A stretch of 64,000 nucleotides of DNA from an uncultured delta proteobacterium (GTDB lineage: Bacteria; Desulfobacterota; RBG-13-43-22): contig CAWBOS010000006.1 in assembly GCA_963790475.1 (NCBI GenBank), forward strand, positions 796,663 through 860,662. The letters are read 5' to 3'. The position numbers and the translations under genes are program-made. The notes beneath the pieces were generated by a model that was not told the DNA's origin, made no database searches, and saw nothing but the letters and a program-made list of their open reading frames with translations. Of the stretch, positions 8,947 through 18,142 are shown piece after piece (position 1 is the first letter of the stretch; the number at the start of each line of letters is the position of its first letter).

Positions 8947-10017
8947 GGGACGTTGTTCACTTTATTCACTGTTGATAGTTTTTTGCCTCTATTCTTTTAA
9001 TGGCCATGGCCACTCCCGTAGTCCCAATTCCAACCAGGCGAGCGATTTCGGCCATTGGAATCCCGAGATCTCGGTTAAAATAGAAACAGAGTCTTTTCCG
9101 TAGTTCCGATACTGCTTTTCGTTGGCCCCCTGATATTAACTCGATTTCCTTGACCCCGGCTTCATGACATCTTTCTTTGATAATCTTCGATAACGATCCA
9201 GCTTTCTTTCGAGCTCGTATTTGGCGGGTCAACTTTTGATCTGCTTCTTCCAGAATTCCCTGGACGAAATCTCCATCTCCTAATATCCGTTCATCATAAG
9301 TCTCGGATTCGCCCTTCTTTCTTAGAGATAAAACTCGCGACCATCCCCCCAGACTCCGAATCAATCCGCCACCGACCAATTCTGGCCTTTGTCCAAGGCC
9401 CTTTCCTGCCGCCACAAATTCCCGGTAAGCTTGAACGGCCTTTCTCTTTTTGGACCCAAAAAACCCGAGCACAAAATCTTTTTCCTGAAAATCGTTTGTC
9501 CGCTTGCCGGATAAAATCCCGTGGCCGCACCAGGGGTAGTTTTCCAATTCTTCAAGATCATTAACCAATCTAGCCCTAAGAGGATTCAGGTGGATATATC
9601 GGACCAGTTCCAGAAGGTACGGATCCAGGTCACAAATAATTGATTTGTATCGGTTCTGAAACAGATGCCCGAATCTCCGATATTTCCGGTTATACCCAAT
9701 GGCATAACCGGTTAACAAACGTCGCATAAAGGTTGGAAGACCCGCCGGTCCGCTGATTAATAACAAATGGACATGATTATCCAACAGCGCCCAGGCCAAA
9801 ATAAGGGTTCCGGTTTCCTTAACCAAGGAATTGATCCTATCGAGAAAATCCTTTCGATCTTCCGCATCCTGGAAAATATTACTTCCTTCTATCCCTCGTA
9901 CCATAATATGGTGCAGGGTTCCGGGGATATCTAACCGAGCTTTTCGAGGCATAATTCTTTATAAACAGTTTTGCTCTTAATGTCAAAATTAATTGTGAAT
10001 TAAATGAACAACGTCCC
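8947..10017. mobile_element. Y1/RAYT transposase element bounded by 23 bp inverted repeats
   Basis: GGGACGTTGTTCACTTTATTCAC (8947-8969) versus GTGAATTAAATGAACAACGTCCC (9995-10017), 2 mismatches. Confidence 0.75.
8966..9952 (-). CDS. REP-associated tyrosine transposase (Y1_Tnp/RAYT) with C-terminal HTH
   Basis: MPRKAR..PG..HHIMVRG, HUH motif NHVHLL, GHLFQNRYKS, YIHLNP. Confidence 0.9.
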   Translation of the reverse strand: MPRKARLDIPGTLHHIMVRGIEGSNIFQDAEDRKDFLDRINSLVKETGTLILAWALLDNHVHLLLISGPAGLPTFMRRLLTGYAIGYNRKYRRFGHLFQNRYKSIICDLDPYLLELVRYIHLNPLRARLVNDLEELENYPWCGHGILSGKRTNDFQEKDFVLGFFGSKKRKAVQAYREFVAAGKGLGQRPELVGGGLIRSLGGWSRVLSLRKKGESETYDERILGDGDFVQGILEEADQKLTRQIRARKKAGSLSKIIKERCHEAGVKEIELISGGQRKAVSELRKRLCFYFNRDLGIPMAEIARLVGIGTTGVAMAIKRIEAKNYQQ

Positions 10018-10031
10018 CCTTTAGAGAAGCC

Positions 10032-12356
10032 TCAAACGCCTTCACGCAGTGTCCAGAACATCTCCCGCACTTGGTCATCCGTGACGAGGTCTTGCCGAAC
10101 GGGTATCCGGTCCCGCCAGTGCCCGCTGCCCTCTTCATGATTCCGCGATCCCTCTTCGCGCTCGGCGATATCCTCATCGAGCCGCCTAATCTCATACTCA
10201 AGATCGAGGCCGTACTCAGTACTGAGTCTGTCGAGTGACTCCCGCAGCCCTGTCAGCTCATCAACGGTCGTACAGTCGAAACGCTCATCCCTAGCGCCGT
10301 TCTGTACGTAGTGCCGAAGCGCCGTCTCTAGTTGCTTTTCATCGGCATCGCTCCATTCGAATGCCTTCGCGGGGAACGCGAGGAGGTCGAGCCAGTCGTC
10401 TGCCCTCGCGTAGTCGAGTGCATCTACGACCCCGGTCAAAAGCCTGCGGTACACTTCGTGCCCACCGTGGTCGAGGAACCAGCGATTCTCCGCAATCGCG
10501 GCCAGTAGGCGTAGCACTGGTCCGAAATCGACGCCCTGCTGCTCCCACTCTCGGACAAGTTTCCCCGCCAGTTGAGAGGCCATCGCGGCAAGCTGTGTTG
10601 AATTATGAACTGCGGCGATTTTCGCAAGGAACCCCACCTTGCCTTCATAGCTCATATCAATCGGGTAGCCCCTATGAGTACCGTCCGGCATCTTCTCCCA
10701 GCGCATGGAGGGGCCCTCCAGCAGGCGTGACAACGGTCGACAAAGAAGATCGGTATTCGTCGTTAGAACATTGCTGAGTTCGCTGTCAGGTTGGGCAGCG
10801 GCGAGTTCCCAGAGATTCACAATCTGCTTGAATCGAGCGGCCGAATTAAGAAGGTCTTCGGCGATTTCGCGCTCGTTGCTGATCATCGAGGCCACGAAGT
10901 CCCGAACAGAAGGGTTAAGGAAGCTCGCGTACCCCTTGCTATACGAGAGAAAGGCGCCTTCCAGCTCCTGAAGAGCCCGGTGGAAATCTCCTGCACGAAT
11001 CTGCTGATGGTACTTGGCGGCACTGTACCGGTGGAGCGCTATGAAGGCCGGTTCTAGGTCGACCGTATCCGACCATCCGCCGAACGTGTTGAAGCTGAGG
11101 AGAACGTGGCGCGCCGCGCCCGAGATTTGGTTGTGGAACGCGTGGGCCCAGATGGTGTCCGGTGACTCTATCAGGGCCAAGACGTGTGTCCTGTAGCTAT
11201 CCGCCGGAACTTGTCTCAGGCGCGAATAAGCTGATAGCCACTCGATCAGTCTAGGATTGAAGTGCTCGTGCTTGATAATATCGAGGAAGAAGTCCTCCTT
11301 CAGCAGTTCGTCTTTGTACTCCTGTGGGAGGTCACTGAAATAGAGATGGTTATAGAGAAGCCGGGCTCGGGTCCCATACGAATAGTCGCCCAGCTGGAGG
11401 ATGCAGCGATGGTCTAAGATCGGACTGTGGGCAAGCCGCTCCGAGATTTGGAGAGCCCCGCTCAGGATATGTTCCCGCGTAGTGAGAATGAATCGAGACT
11501 GGGGGGACCGGCGGACCATCTCCATGAAATCCACCATCGCTGTATCTTGATTTCTGCCAAGGTATTCGCGGCGGTCGCCCAAGAATGTCTGGCCGAGGAA
11601 GTCGTCGTAGTAGAAGATTTGCTTGCGCGCGGACTTGAAGAGATCCTTCGCCTCGGAAATCTCCGCTTTGATCGCGACCGGCTCGTATCCGTCTTCCAAA
11701 TGTGAGTAGAGGAGCATCTCGGCCAGTGTGGTCTTGCCGATCCCTGGGGGGCCCGTCACAACGACAATGCGGGTTTCGTTGAGGATCTCAGTCGCCCGCG
11801 GGTAAGCATCGCTCTTGACGAACAGAGGAAGCTTGCGACGTAGGCGATCAACCTCGAAATCTGTCTGGCACAACGTTGCATTGTGAAGCACTCGATCGAG
11901 AACGCTCGTGCTGGTGAGCCATAGTTTAAAGTTGGCGCGCTCGACCTCCGAATGGCGGCTGAGCAGGCCTTCGATATCGTCTGCGCCGAGGACGTCCCGA
12001 ACACTCAACACGAACGGCTGAAGCGCTGTGACGATTTCGTCCTTATTGCCGGGAGTGAGGCTGACAGAGGTTGCTACCACATAACGGGTCGGGCCCAAGC
12101 GCTGGATCTTTGGGAGTTCTCCGGCACGCAGATTCGCCAGCAACTTGGCGAACCCAGAGTTCGCGAAGTGCTTGCACTGGATGATTGTCGCACCATCGTC
12201 TGCCGGCGCATACCGCAAGTCGATCCCACGATCACGGCCGCTGCGGAAGGCTTCGAGCGCGATCTTCCACTCCGCCTGTAGAAGATCGCGGATCAACTCC
12301 TCAAAGTCCTGACCTGAGAGAGATTTGAAGTCGTAACGTGGCATTCGCTGCACCAT
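10032..12356 (-). CDS. Mrr-like restriction endonuclease fused to an nSTAND3-like P-loop NTPase (putative anti-phage protein; first cassette after attI copy B)
   Basis: N-terminal DFEELIRDLL...DRGID...IIQCK (PD-QxK); Walker A GPPGIGKT; Walker B YYDDFLG; FILTTRE, FNPRLIE; visibly GC-richer than flanks. Confidence 0.85.
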   Translation of the reverse strand: MVQRMPRYDFKSLSGQDFEELIRDLLQAEWKIALEAFRSGRDRGIDLRYAPADDGATIIQCKHFANSGFAKLLANLRAGELPKIQRLGPTRYVVATSVSLTPGNKDEIVTALQPFVLSVRDVLGADDIEGLLSRHSEVERANFKLWLTSTSVLDRVLHNATLCQTDFEVDRLRRKLPLFVKSDAYPRATEILNETRIVVVTGPPGIGKTTLAEMLLYSHLEDGYEPVAIKAEISEAKDLFKSARKQIFYYDDFLGQTFLGDRREYLGRNQDTAMVDFMEMVRRSPQSRFILTTREHILSGALQISERLAHSPILDHRCILQLGDYSYGTRARLLYNHLYFSDLPQEYKDELLKEDFFLDIIKHEHFNPRLIEWLSAYSRLRQVPADSYRTHVLALIESPDTIWAHAFHNQISGAARHVLLSFNTFGGWSDTVDLEPAFIALHRYSAAKYHQQIRAGDFHRALQELEGAFLSYSKGYASFLNPSVRDFVASMISNEREIAEDLLNSAARFKQIVNLWELAAAQPDSELSNVLTTNTDLLCRPLSRLLEGPSMRWEKMPDGTHRGYPIDMSYEGKVGFLAKIAAVHNSTQLAAMASQLAGKLVREWEQQGVDFGPVLRLLAAIAENRWFLDHGGHEVYRRLLTGVVDALDYARADDWLDLLAFPAKAFEWSDADEKQLETALRHYVQNGARDERFDCTTVDELTGLRESLDRLSTEYGLDLEYEIRRLDEDIAEREEGSRNHEEGSGHWRDRIPVRQDLVTDDQVREMFWTLREGV

Positions 12357-12403
12357 CCCCGGGCATTATGTCACGGGATACCTACTCGTGTGCGGTCGCC
12401 GAG

Positions 12404-12535
12404 AACAAGTTGTTCTAAGGTTTTCGTATAACTTGACAAATCAAAAGTTTCGTGAAATCAACCCCCGATCCTTTGTTTTTTGATGACATCAGGGTTGCCT
12501 AACTCTTCAGATTCTTTGTAACTCATTATAAATGA
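12404..12535 (-). repeat. attI-like site, copy B
   Basis: Homologue of 6518-6650 sharing CATAACTTGACAAATC-like block, TGATGACATCA palindrome and CATTATAAATGA; diverges right after GTT. Confidence 0.7.
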
Positions 12536-12553
12536 TAAATATTATCATAACAA
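12525..12553 (-). promoter_or_regulatory. Candidate cassette promoter overlapped by a Fur-box-like palindrome
   Basis: Minus strand TTGTTA-N17-TATAAT; ATGATAAATATTATCAT at 12532-12548. Confidence 0.4.
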
Positions 12554-12657
12554 CTGTATAATATTGCTTAAAATTTGAGGCAGGTATATTCTTCAAAACA
12601 ACATGATATACAGAAATAGATGGATTCATCCTTCTGGTTGTACCTTTTCCTTGGTAG

Positions 12658-13632
12658 CTATTCCCGCTCAAACGGTTTCCCAAGACCTGAGGGAGGGGCC
12701 AGGCGCAGGAATCCGGCCAGGGACCTGCCGATCGGTCCTGGTAAGAGTTCCACCACTCGTTCCAGTCTTTGATTACTTACCAGGGCCAGGACGACGATCA
12801 TGAAAACAAAAGGAGCCACCTGAAAGACCTGGATGGGCATTGAAGGTAATACCCCCTGAAGGAGGATACCCAGGGATTGAAGCCCGCCGAACAGATAGGT
12901 GCCCAGTGCTGCTTTGAAGGGATGCCAGCCGCCGAAGATGACGATGGCCAGGGCGATCCAGCCGATCCCCAGGGTATGCTGATAACTCCATCCCAGCTTG
13001 ACGCTCAAGGAAAAATTGGCCCCGGCCAGGCCCACTAGGCTTCCGCCGATCAGGGTGTAAAGGTAGCGGACACCTCTGACAGAAATCCCCCGGGCATAGG
13101 CCGCTTCCGGGCGTTCACCCACCCCGCGCATGGCCAGGCCCGGTCCGGTCTTGAATATCCAGAACCAGGCCAGAAATATCAGTAGAAAACTGCCATAGGT
13201 AAACAGGTTATGGTTAAAGAAGAGAGGACCCAGAACCGGTATGTCTTTTAAAATCGGTATGGCCAGGTGCGGCATCTCCGGCCCGGGTTTTCGGACAAAG
13301 GGGTTCCCCAGGAAGGAACTGAGATCGGTGGCCAGCAAAGTCATAATGAACCCCACCGCCACCTGATCTTGACGGAGTTCGATACCGGCCACTACCACAA
13401 TGAGGGCGACCAGGGCCCCAATCCCCATGGCCGACAAGAGGCCAAGGACCAGGCTGCCTGAGCCATAGGCCACGGCAAATCCGGTCATGGCCGAAAGCAA
13501 AATACTTCCGTCCAGGGAAAGGTTGATGACCCCGGCCTTCTCGGTTATGGTCTCCCCGATGCAGGCATAGACCAGAGGAGATGAATCAGCCAGGATGGAG
13601 GCCAGCATCCGTATCAGAAAATCCCAGTCCAT
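12658..13632 (-). CDS. BMP/nucleoside-type ABC transporter permease
   Basis: GETITEKAGVINLSLDG, GERPEAA, GWIALAIVIFGGW. Confidence 0.92.
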   Translation of the reverse strand: MDWDFLIRMLASILADSSPLVYACIGETITEKAGVINLSLDGSILLSAMTGFAVAYGSGSLVLGLLSAMGIGALVALIVVVAGIELRQDQVAVGFIMTLLATDLSSFLGNPFVRKPGPEMPHLAIPILKDIPVLGPLFFNHNLFTYGSFLLIFLAWFWIFKTGPGLAMRGVGERPEAAYARGISVRGVRYLYTLIGGSLVGLAGANFSLSVKLGWSYQHTLGIGWIALAIVIFGGWHPFKAALGTYLFGGLQSLGILLQGVLPSMPIQVFQVAPFVFMIVVLALVSNQRLERVVELLPGPIGRSLAGFLRLAPPSGLGKPFERE

Positions 13633-13700
13633 ATTTTAGTCCCTTGAGTAAATCAACATCAACAAAGCTTTGTCGATCAGATCCTAAAATCCTCTTTCCT

Positions 13701-13779
13701 GTCACCCCGGCGAAAGCCAGGGTCCAGTCCCGCCAAGGCTAAATTAAATTCCTGGATTCCGGGTCAAGCCCGGAATGAC
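13701..13779. repeat. REP-like palindrome doublet
   Basis: GTCACCCCGGCGAAAGCCAGGGTCCAG ... CTGGATTCCGGGTCAAGCCCGGAATGAC. Confidence 0.7.
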
Positions 13780-13921
13780 GAAAAGGTGCTTTTGTTTTTT
13801 AAACAACGTCGTCTACCTTGAAGTTGAACCGTTTACAATTTCAAAAAGGTGTAATAAGAAAACAGGATTCGAGATTCATCCTTCGATTATTCCTATTTTC
13901 ATGCATTGTGGTGTCACGCCC

Positions 13922-14980
13922 CTAAGCGGGGTATGACGGTTTGGTGTGTTTCTGCCTCCACACCCTGGCCTGTATTCCTCGGGCCAGGATGACGAAAAGG
14001 ACTAAAGCTTCCTGCAGGACCCCTCCCAATGAGGAATCGATGTGCATGACCATCGGTAATTGGAGACTGCCCTTATTGGCGGCCGCAAAGAAAAAGGCCA
14101 CCGGGGCGATCCAGAGGGTCTGATTCCCGGTCAGCAGGACCACCAGGATAGCCAGGTAGCCGTACCCGCTGGAAATCGAGGGGACTAAACGATGATACAG
14201 TCCGATGGCTTGAATGGCGCCGGCCGCGCCAGCCAAGGCCCCGGCCAGCCCAAAGGCCAGGAGGATATTCCTTTCCACCTTTAGACCCAGAAAGAAGGAA
14301 GCGGAAGGATTATTACCCACGGCCTTCAGTTTGAGGCCCCACATGGTACCCCGCAGGGCAAACACCGACCCCAAAATAGCCAACCCGGCCAGGATTATCT
14401 CCACCGGCCCTAAAGACAGGTTGAAAAGACCGGGAAGCAGGGCGGAAGATCGAAAAAACTCTGTCCCGCTCATGGTGGCCGTTCCGGGTTGTTTCCAGGG
14501 GCCGAAGATGAGAAAGTTTGTGGCCCCCACGGCCACAAAATTGAGTCCCAAACCGGCGAATATCTCATGCACCCGGCCGTAGATCCGCAGAAAGCCGGTC
14601 AGGCAGGCCCAGAGAGCACCACCGGCCATGCCGGAAAGGATTATCAAAGGGATGAGCCCATAGGAGGGCAGGTCTAAGGACCTGGCCGCCCAGGTCGCGC
14701 CAATCGCCCCCATAATCATCTGCCCCTCTATTCCTATATTCCAAAGGCCGGCGGCAAAGGTGAAGGACAAACCAACGGCACATAAAACCAAAGGCACCCA
14801 GGCCACAAAAACATCGGCCCATTTATTGACACTGCCGAAGGCCCCCTTGAGCATATTCCCATAGGCCTCGATCGGCGAGGCCCCCATGGCTACTAAAATC
14901 ACCATGGTAAAGAGCAGGGCCAGGGCAACAGCTAGAGTGATCATGACCCAGGGGGCTGAGTGGTTCCTTGGAGGCGTCAT
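13922..14980 (-). CDS. BMP/nucleoside-type ABC transporter permease
   Basis: AGLWNIGIEGQ, AVGNNPSAS; many TM segments. Confidence 0.92.
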   Translation of the reverse strand: MTPPRNHSAPWVMITLAVALALLFTMVILVAMGASPIEAYGNMLKGAFGSVNKWADVFVAWVPLVLCAVGLSFTFAAGLWNIGIEGQMIMGAIGATWAARSLDLPSYGLIPLIILSGMAGGALWACLTGFLRIYGRVHEIFAGLGLNFVAVGATNFLIFGPWKQPGTATMSGTEFFRSSALLPGLFNLSLGPVEIILAGLAILGSVFALRGTMWGLKLKAVGNNPSASFFLGLKVERNILLAFGLAGALAGAAGAIQAIGLYHRLVPSISSGYGYLAILVVLLTGNQTLWIAPVAFFFAAANKGSLQLPMVMHIDSSLGGVLQEALVLFVILARGIQARVWRQKHTKPSYPA

Positions 14981-16440
14981 AATCCCTTTCCGCCGATCAT
15001 TTCTGCTAACTGCTGAGCATTCGTTTCTTCGGCTTTCAACAGCCGGGAAACCTGACTGCCGGAGAAGACCAGGATAAAGTCGCTATGCTCCATGATCTCA
15101 TCCAGGTCGGAAGAGATAAACAGGATGGCTGTCCCTTGTTCACAGCGGGTCATCAATTTGTCCCAGACCCATTTGGCCGAGTCGATGTCCAAGCCCCTGG
15201 TGGGGTGTTCCATCAGCAGAAGGGAGGGATGATCCGGAAGGAGGGCCAGTAAGGTCCGCTGCTGGTTACCGCCGGAGAGGGCCTCGACCCTGGTTTCCGG
15301 GGTCCCGATGATATTAAAAGCCTGGATGCGGGAAGCGGCTCTGGCTCCGGACTTTGCCCAATCAATGACAAAAGTGGGGTCCTCTTCCGTCAGCAGGAAA
15401 TGTTCGGTCAGATTAAGCCCTCGAATCATTCCCTCTTCCAGCCGGGCGGCCGGTACATAGGCCATACCAAAAGACCGGAACCTTTGATAACCCTGACCGG
15501 TCAGATCGGTCCCGCAAAGCCGGATTTTTCCTTCCCGGATCTTCCGCAAACCGGCGCATCCCTGGAGAAACAGCCGGCGGCCGCTTCCTCCAGTGCCGGC
15601 CAGGCCGATCACCTCTCCCTGCCGCACCGCCAGGCAAAGGTTGGAGATACAAATTCTTTGTTCTTCCAGACAGAAATCGGAAAGTTCCAATACCAAAGCC
15701 CCCGAACAGCCTTTTCTGCCGGTTTGCATATCAGGCAACCGGCCAAACATCAACTGGACCAGTTGGTCGATATCAAAAGGAGACTGCACTTCCCCGGCCA
15801 CCCTTCCCTGACGGAGAACAATGACCTGTTGACAGAGATCCTGGATGTCTTCCAACTTATGTGAAACGAGGATGATGATGTGACCTTTCCCGGCTAAGAG
15901 CCGGAGACCGGCGAAGAGGGAATTTTTCTGGGAAGCGGATATGCCGGTGGTGGGTTCATCGAGAATGAGCACCTTAACACCCGAGGCCAGCAGGCCTATG
16001 ATTTCGGCCTGCTGTCGTTCGCCGACGGACAGGGTTCGCTCCAGGGCGTCGGGATCGAGGTGAAAATGAAGAAACCCGGCCTGTTCTTTCAACCAGAGTT
16101 TAGCTTTTTTTCGATTGATGCGCCAGCCGGCATTCCTTCCCAAAAGAAAATTATCCAGAACAGTAAAAGGAAGGAAATCGAAAGGGTCCTGCTGAAGCAT
16201 TCCGATGCCCTGGTCAAGGGCCTGGGCCGGAGACTTAATACGGACCGGACGGCCGTCAATGAGGATTTCCCCGGCGTCGAGAGAAAGAAAGCCGGCCAAT
16301 ATCTTCATCAGGGTGGTTTTGCCGGCCCCGTTTTCACCCAGGAGTCCATAGATGCGGCCGCTTTCAAAAGTGACCCCCAGGCCGTCAACGGCCCGGACCG
16401 GTCCGAAGGATTTGTAGATGTCCCGCAGCTCAACCTTCAT
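14977..16440 (-). CDS. ABC transporter ATP-binding protein (two fused ATPase domains)
   Basis: GENGAGKT, LSVGE, ILDEPT, LSGGNQQ, PTRGLD. Confidence 0.95.
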   Translation of the reverse strand: MKVELRDIYKSFGPVRAVDGLGVTFESGRIYGLLGENGAGKTTLMKILAGFLSLDAGEILIDGRPVRIKSPAQALDQGIGMLQQDPFDFLPFTVLDNFLLGRNAGWRINRKKAKLWLKEQAGFLHFHLDPDALERTLSVGERQQAEIIGLLASGVKVLILDEPTTGISASQKNSLFAGLRLLAGKGHIIILVSHKLEDIQDLCQQVIVLRQGRVAGEVQSPFDIDQLVQLMFGRLPDMQTGRKGCSGALVLELSDFCLEEQRICISNLCLAVRQGEVIGLAGTGGSGRRLFLQGCAGLRKIREGKIRLCGTDLTGQGYQRFRSFGMAYVPAARLEEGMIRGLNLTEHFLLTEEDPTFVIDWAKSGARAASRIQAFNIIGTPETRVEALSGGNQQRTLLALLPDHPSLLLMEHPTRGLDIDSAKWVWDKLMTRCEQGTAILFISSDLDEIMEHSDFILVFSGSQVSRLLKAEETNAQQLAEMIGGKGL

Positions 16441-16442
16441 AG

Positions 16443-16585
16443 TGAGACCTCTGAAAAATGCCCCTTTTGCCCAATCTCCTCGTCAGGCTTAAATTTCAAT
16501 CCTCGAAATATTTCATATATTCCTGCGGTTGAAATTTTCGCCTTGCTTGACCTTGGCCAAAATTAAACATCTTTCAAAGGTCTCA
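16443..16585. mobile_element. MITE-like element (143 bp) within the ABC operon
   Basis: TGAGACCTCTGAAA ... TTTCAAAGGTCTCA terminal inverted repeats; internal ATTTCAA/TTGAAAT stem. Confidence 0.7.
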
Positions 16586-16617
16586 TGGCAAGGTCTGGTT
16601 GAAAGTGAACTGCTTCT

Positions 16618-17808
16618 TTATTTACTTGGCCCGGTCATGCCTTCAAGCAGTTGAGGAAGATACCAGACCTGTTTGTCGTTGGCCGTCTGGCCGTCTTTTA
16701 AAAAAACCGAGCCGTCTTGAAACTTGAGCGGACCTTTGAACAAGACGATCTTTCCGGAGGCCAGTCCTTTGATAAATTCTTCCACCTTGGCCAGGGCCTC
16801 TCCCTTAAGGGCCGGACCCGGCAGGAAGCCGACGGCGCTGGTGTCCGGGTTATTAATATTTTTCCAGTCCGGACCGGCCCATTCGAAGGCCTGTTTCCAG
16901 GTCCCGGTCCGCCAGGCCTTCACCAGCTTCAGATATGCGGGCCCCCAGTTAAAGTAAGGCACACCCAGGCAAACCCCGGGGGCCTCTTTGCAGGCCTCCT
17001 TGAAGTCATAAGGAACGGCCGATACCTTCATTCCCTCTTTGGACTTCTTGCCGGCCTGAACCAGAGCCTCGTTGGTGTCGAGCCCGGACATGAGCACGTC
17101 GGTCCCCCCGGTGAAGAAATCATTGGCCACCTTGGTGGGATCGAGGGTTACACCCGGGATGTTGAACCAGAATCCGATCCATTTGACGTCGAATTTAAGA
17201 TCACTTTCCTTTTTCCCCCGATAATGGGTCCAGGCGTATCGGGCCCCCAGGTAGGCCGCTGCAACCAGCCGCCGGGTTTCATCATTGATAAGGGGACCCA
17301 GGTAGCCGATCTTGCCGGTCTGGGTGGACATGGCTGCCGCACATCCGGCGATCATCTTGGTATATTCCATGCGCCCCATATAGTTGCCTAAATTTTTAGG
17401 GGCCTTGCCGGTCCAGACATCATCCCCGGAAACCTGAATAAAGGTAACTTCCGGGTATTTCTTTGCCGCCAGGCGGGTCTCATCCTTGAAATCATCAGAG
17501 GTGGTAAAGATCAACTTGGCCCCTTTGGCAATCATATCGCTGACCACCTGATCCAGTGTGGTCCCTTTGCGGTCGGCCGGGTTGAGCTTGTCTAACCAGA
17601 TCATTTTGGCCCCCGGCATTTTTCCTTCCACATACTTGCCAGCGGTGAAATGAGCCTCGCTCCAACCGTGGTCATTGTAAGGACCCACCAGCACCACGCC
17701 AAAAGTAAACGAGCCTGAGGTGGCCGCCAAAGCGCCTCCCATCAGGAAGAAAACCAACAGAAGAGTCCCCGCAAGAATCAATCCCGTAATAGATTTTTTC
17801 CTTTTCAT
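16618..17808 (-). CDS. BMP family ABC substrate-binding protein
   Basis: Signal peptide; VGPYNDHGWSEAH, WIGFWF, FNWGPAY; RBS AAGGAGG before ATG 17808. Confidence 0.92.
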   Translation of the reverse strand: MKRKKSITGLILAGTLLLVFFLMGGALAATSGSFTFGVVLVGPYNDHGWSEAHFTAGKYVEGKMPGAKMIWLDKLNPADRKGTTLDQVVSDMIAKGAKLIFTTSDDFKDETRLAAKKYPEVTFIQVSGDDVWTGKAPKNLGNYMGRMEYTKMIAGCAAAMSTQTGKIGYLGPLINDETRRLVAAAYLGARYAWTHYRGKKESDLKFDVKWIGFWFNIPGVTLDPTKVANDFFTGGTDVLMSGLDTNEALVQAGKKSKEGMKVSAVPYDFKEACKEAPGVCLGVPYFNWGPAYLKLVKAWRTGTWKQAFEWAGPDWKNINNPDTSAVGFLPGPALKGEALAKVEEFIKGLASGKIVLFKGPLKFQDGSVFLKDGQTANDKQVWYLPQLLEGMTGPSK

Positions 17809-18142
17809 GTTCCCCTCCTTGAGCAATAGCTGGTTCATTTTGATTTAGAGAAGCAGTGAACAGAGAAAAGCAAAACCTTCTTTTTTATATAATAATTTTA
17901 ACAAAAAGAAAAGAAGAGTTCAAAAGCGGGTTGACAATAAAGAAAGGCTTGGGTTGGCAACCCTGAATAAAATCCCTTCCCCCTGATTAAATAGGGAGTT
18001 AGCTGGATGACTTAAAGCAAAGTGAAGGGGGGCAGCTAAAGAAAGGTGGTTGCAAAAAGGATTTTTACTTGATATGTAGAAAGGAGTCTTTGAAACACAA
18101 TTCCTGAATCAGTATAGTTTTAATAAAAAAGGAGGCTATTGG

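Noticed and set aside
12536-12657. Integrase gene or remnant beside the attI-like site
   Set aside because: Only ~120 bp of AT-rich DNA before the permease stop; no tyrosine recombinase motifs here or in any listed ORF.
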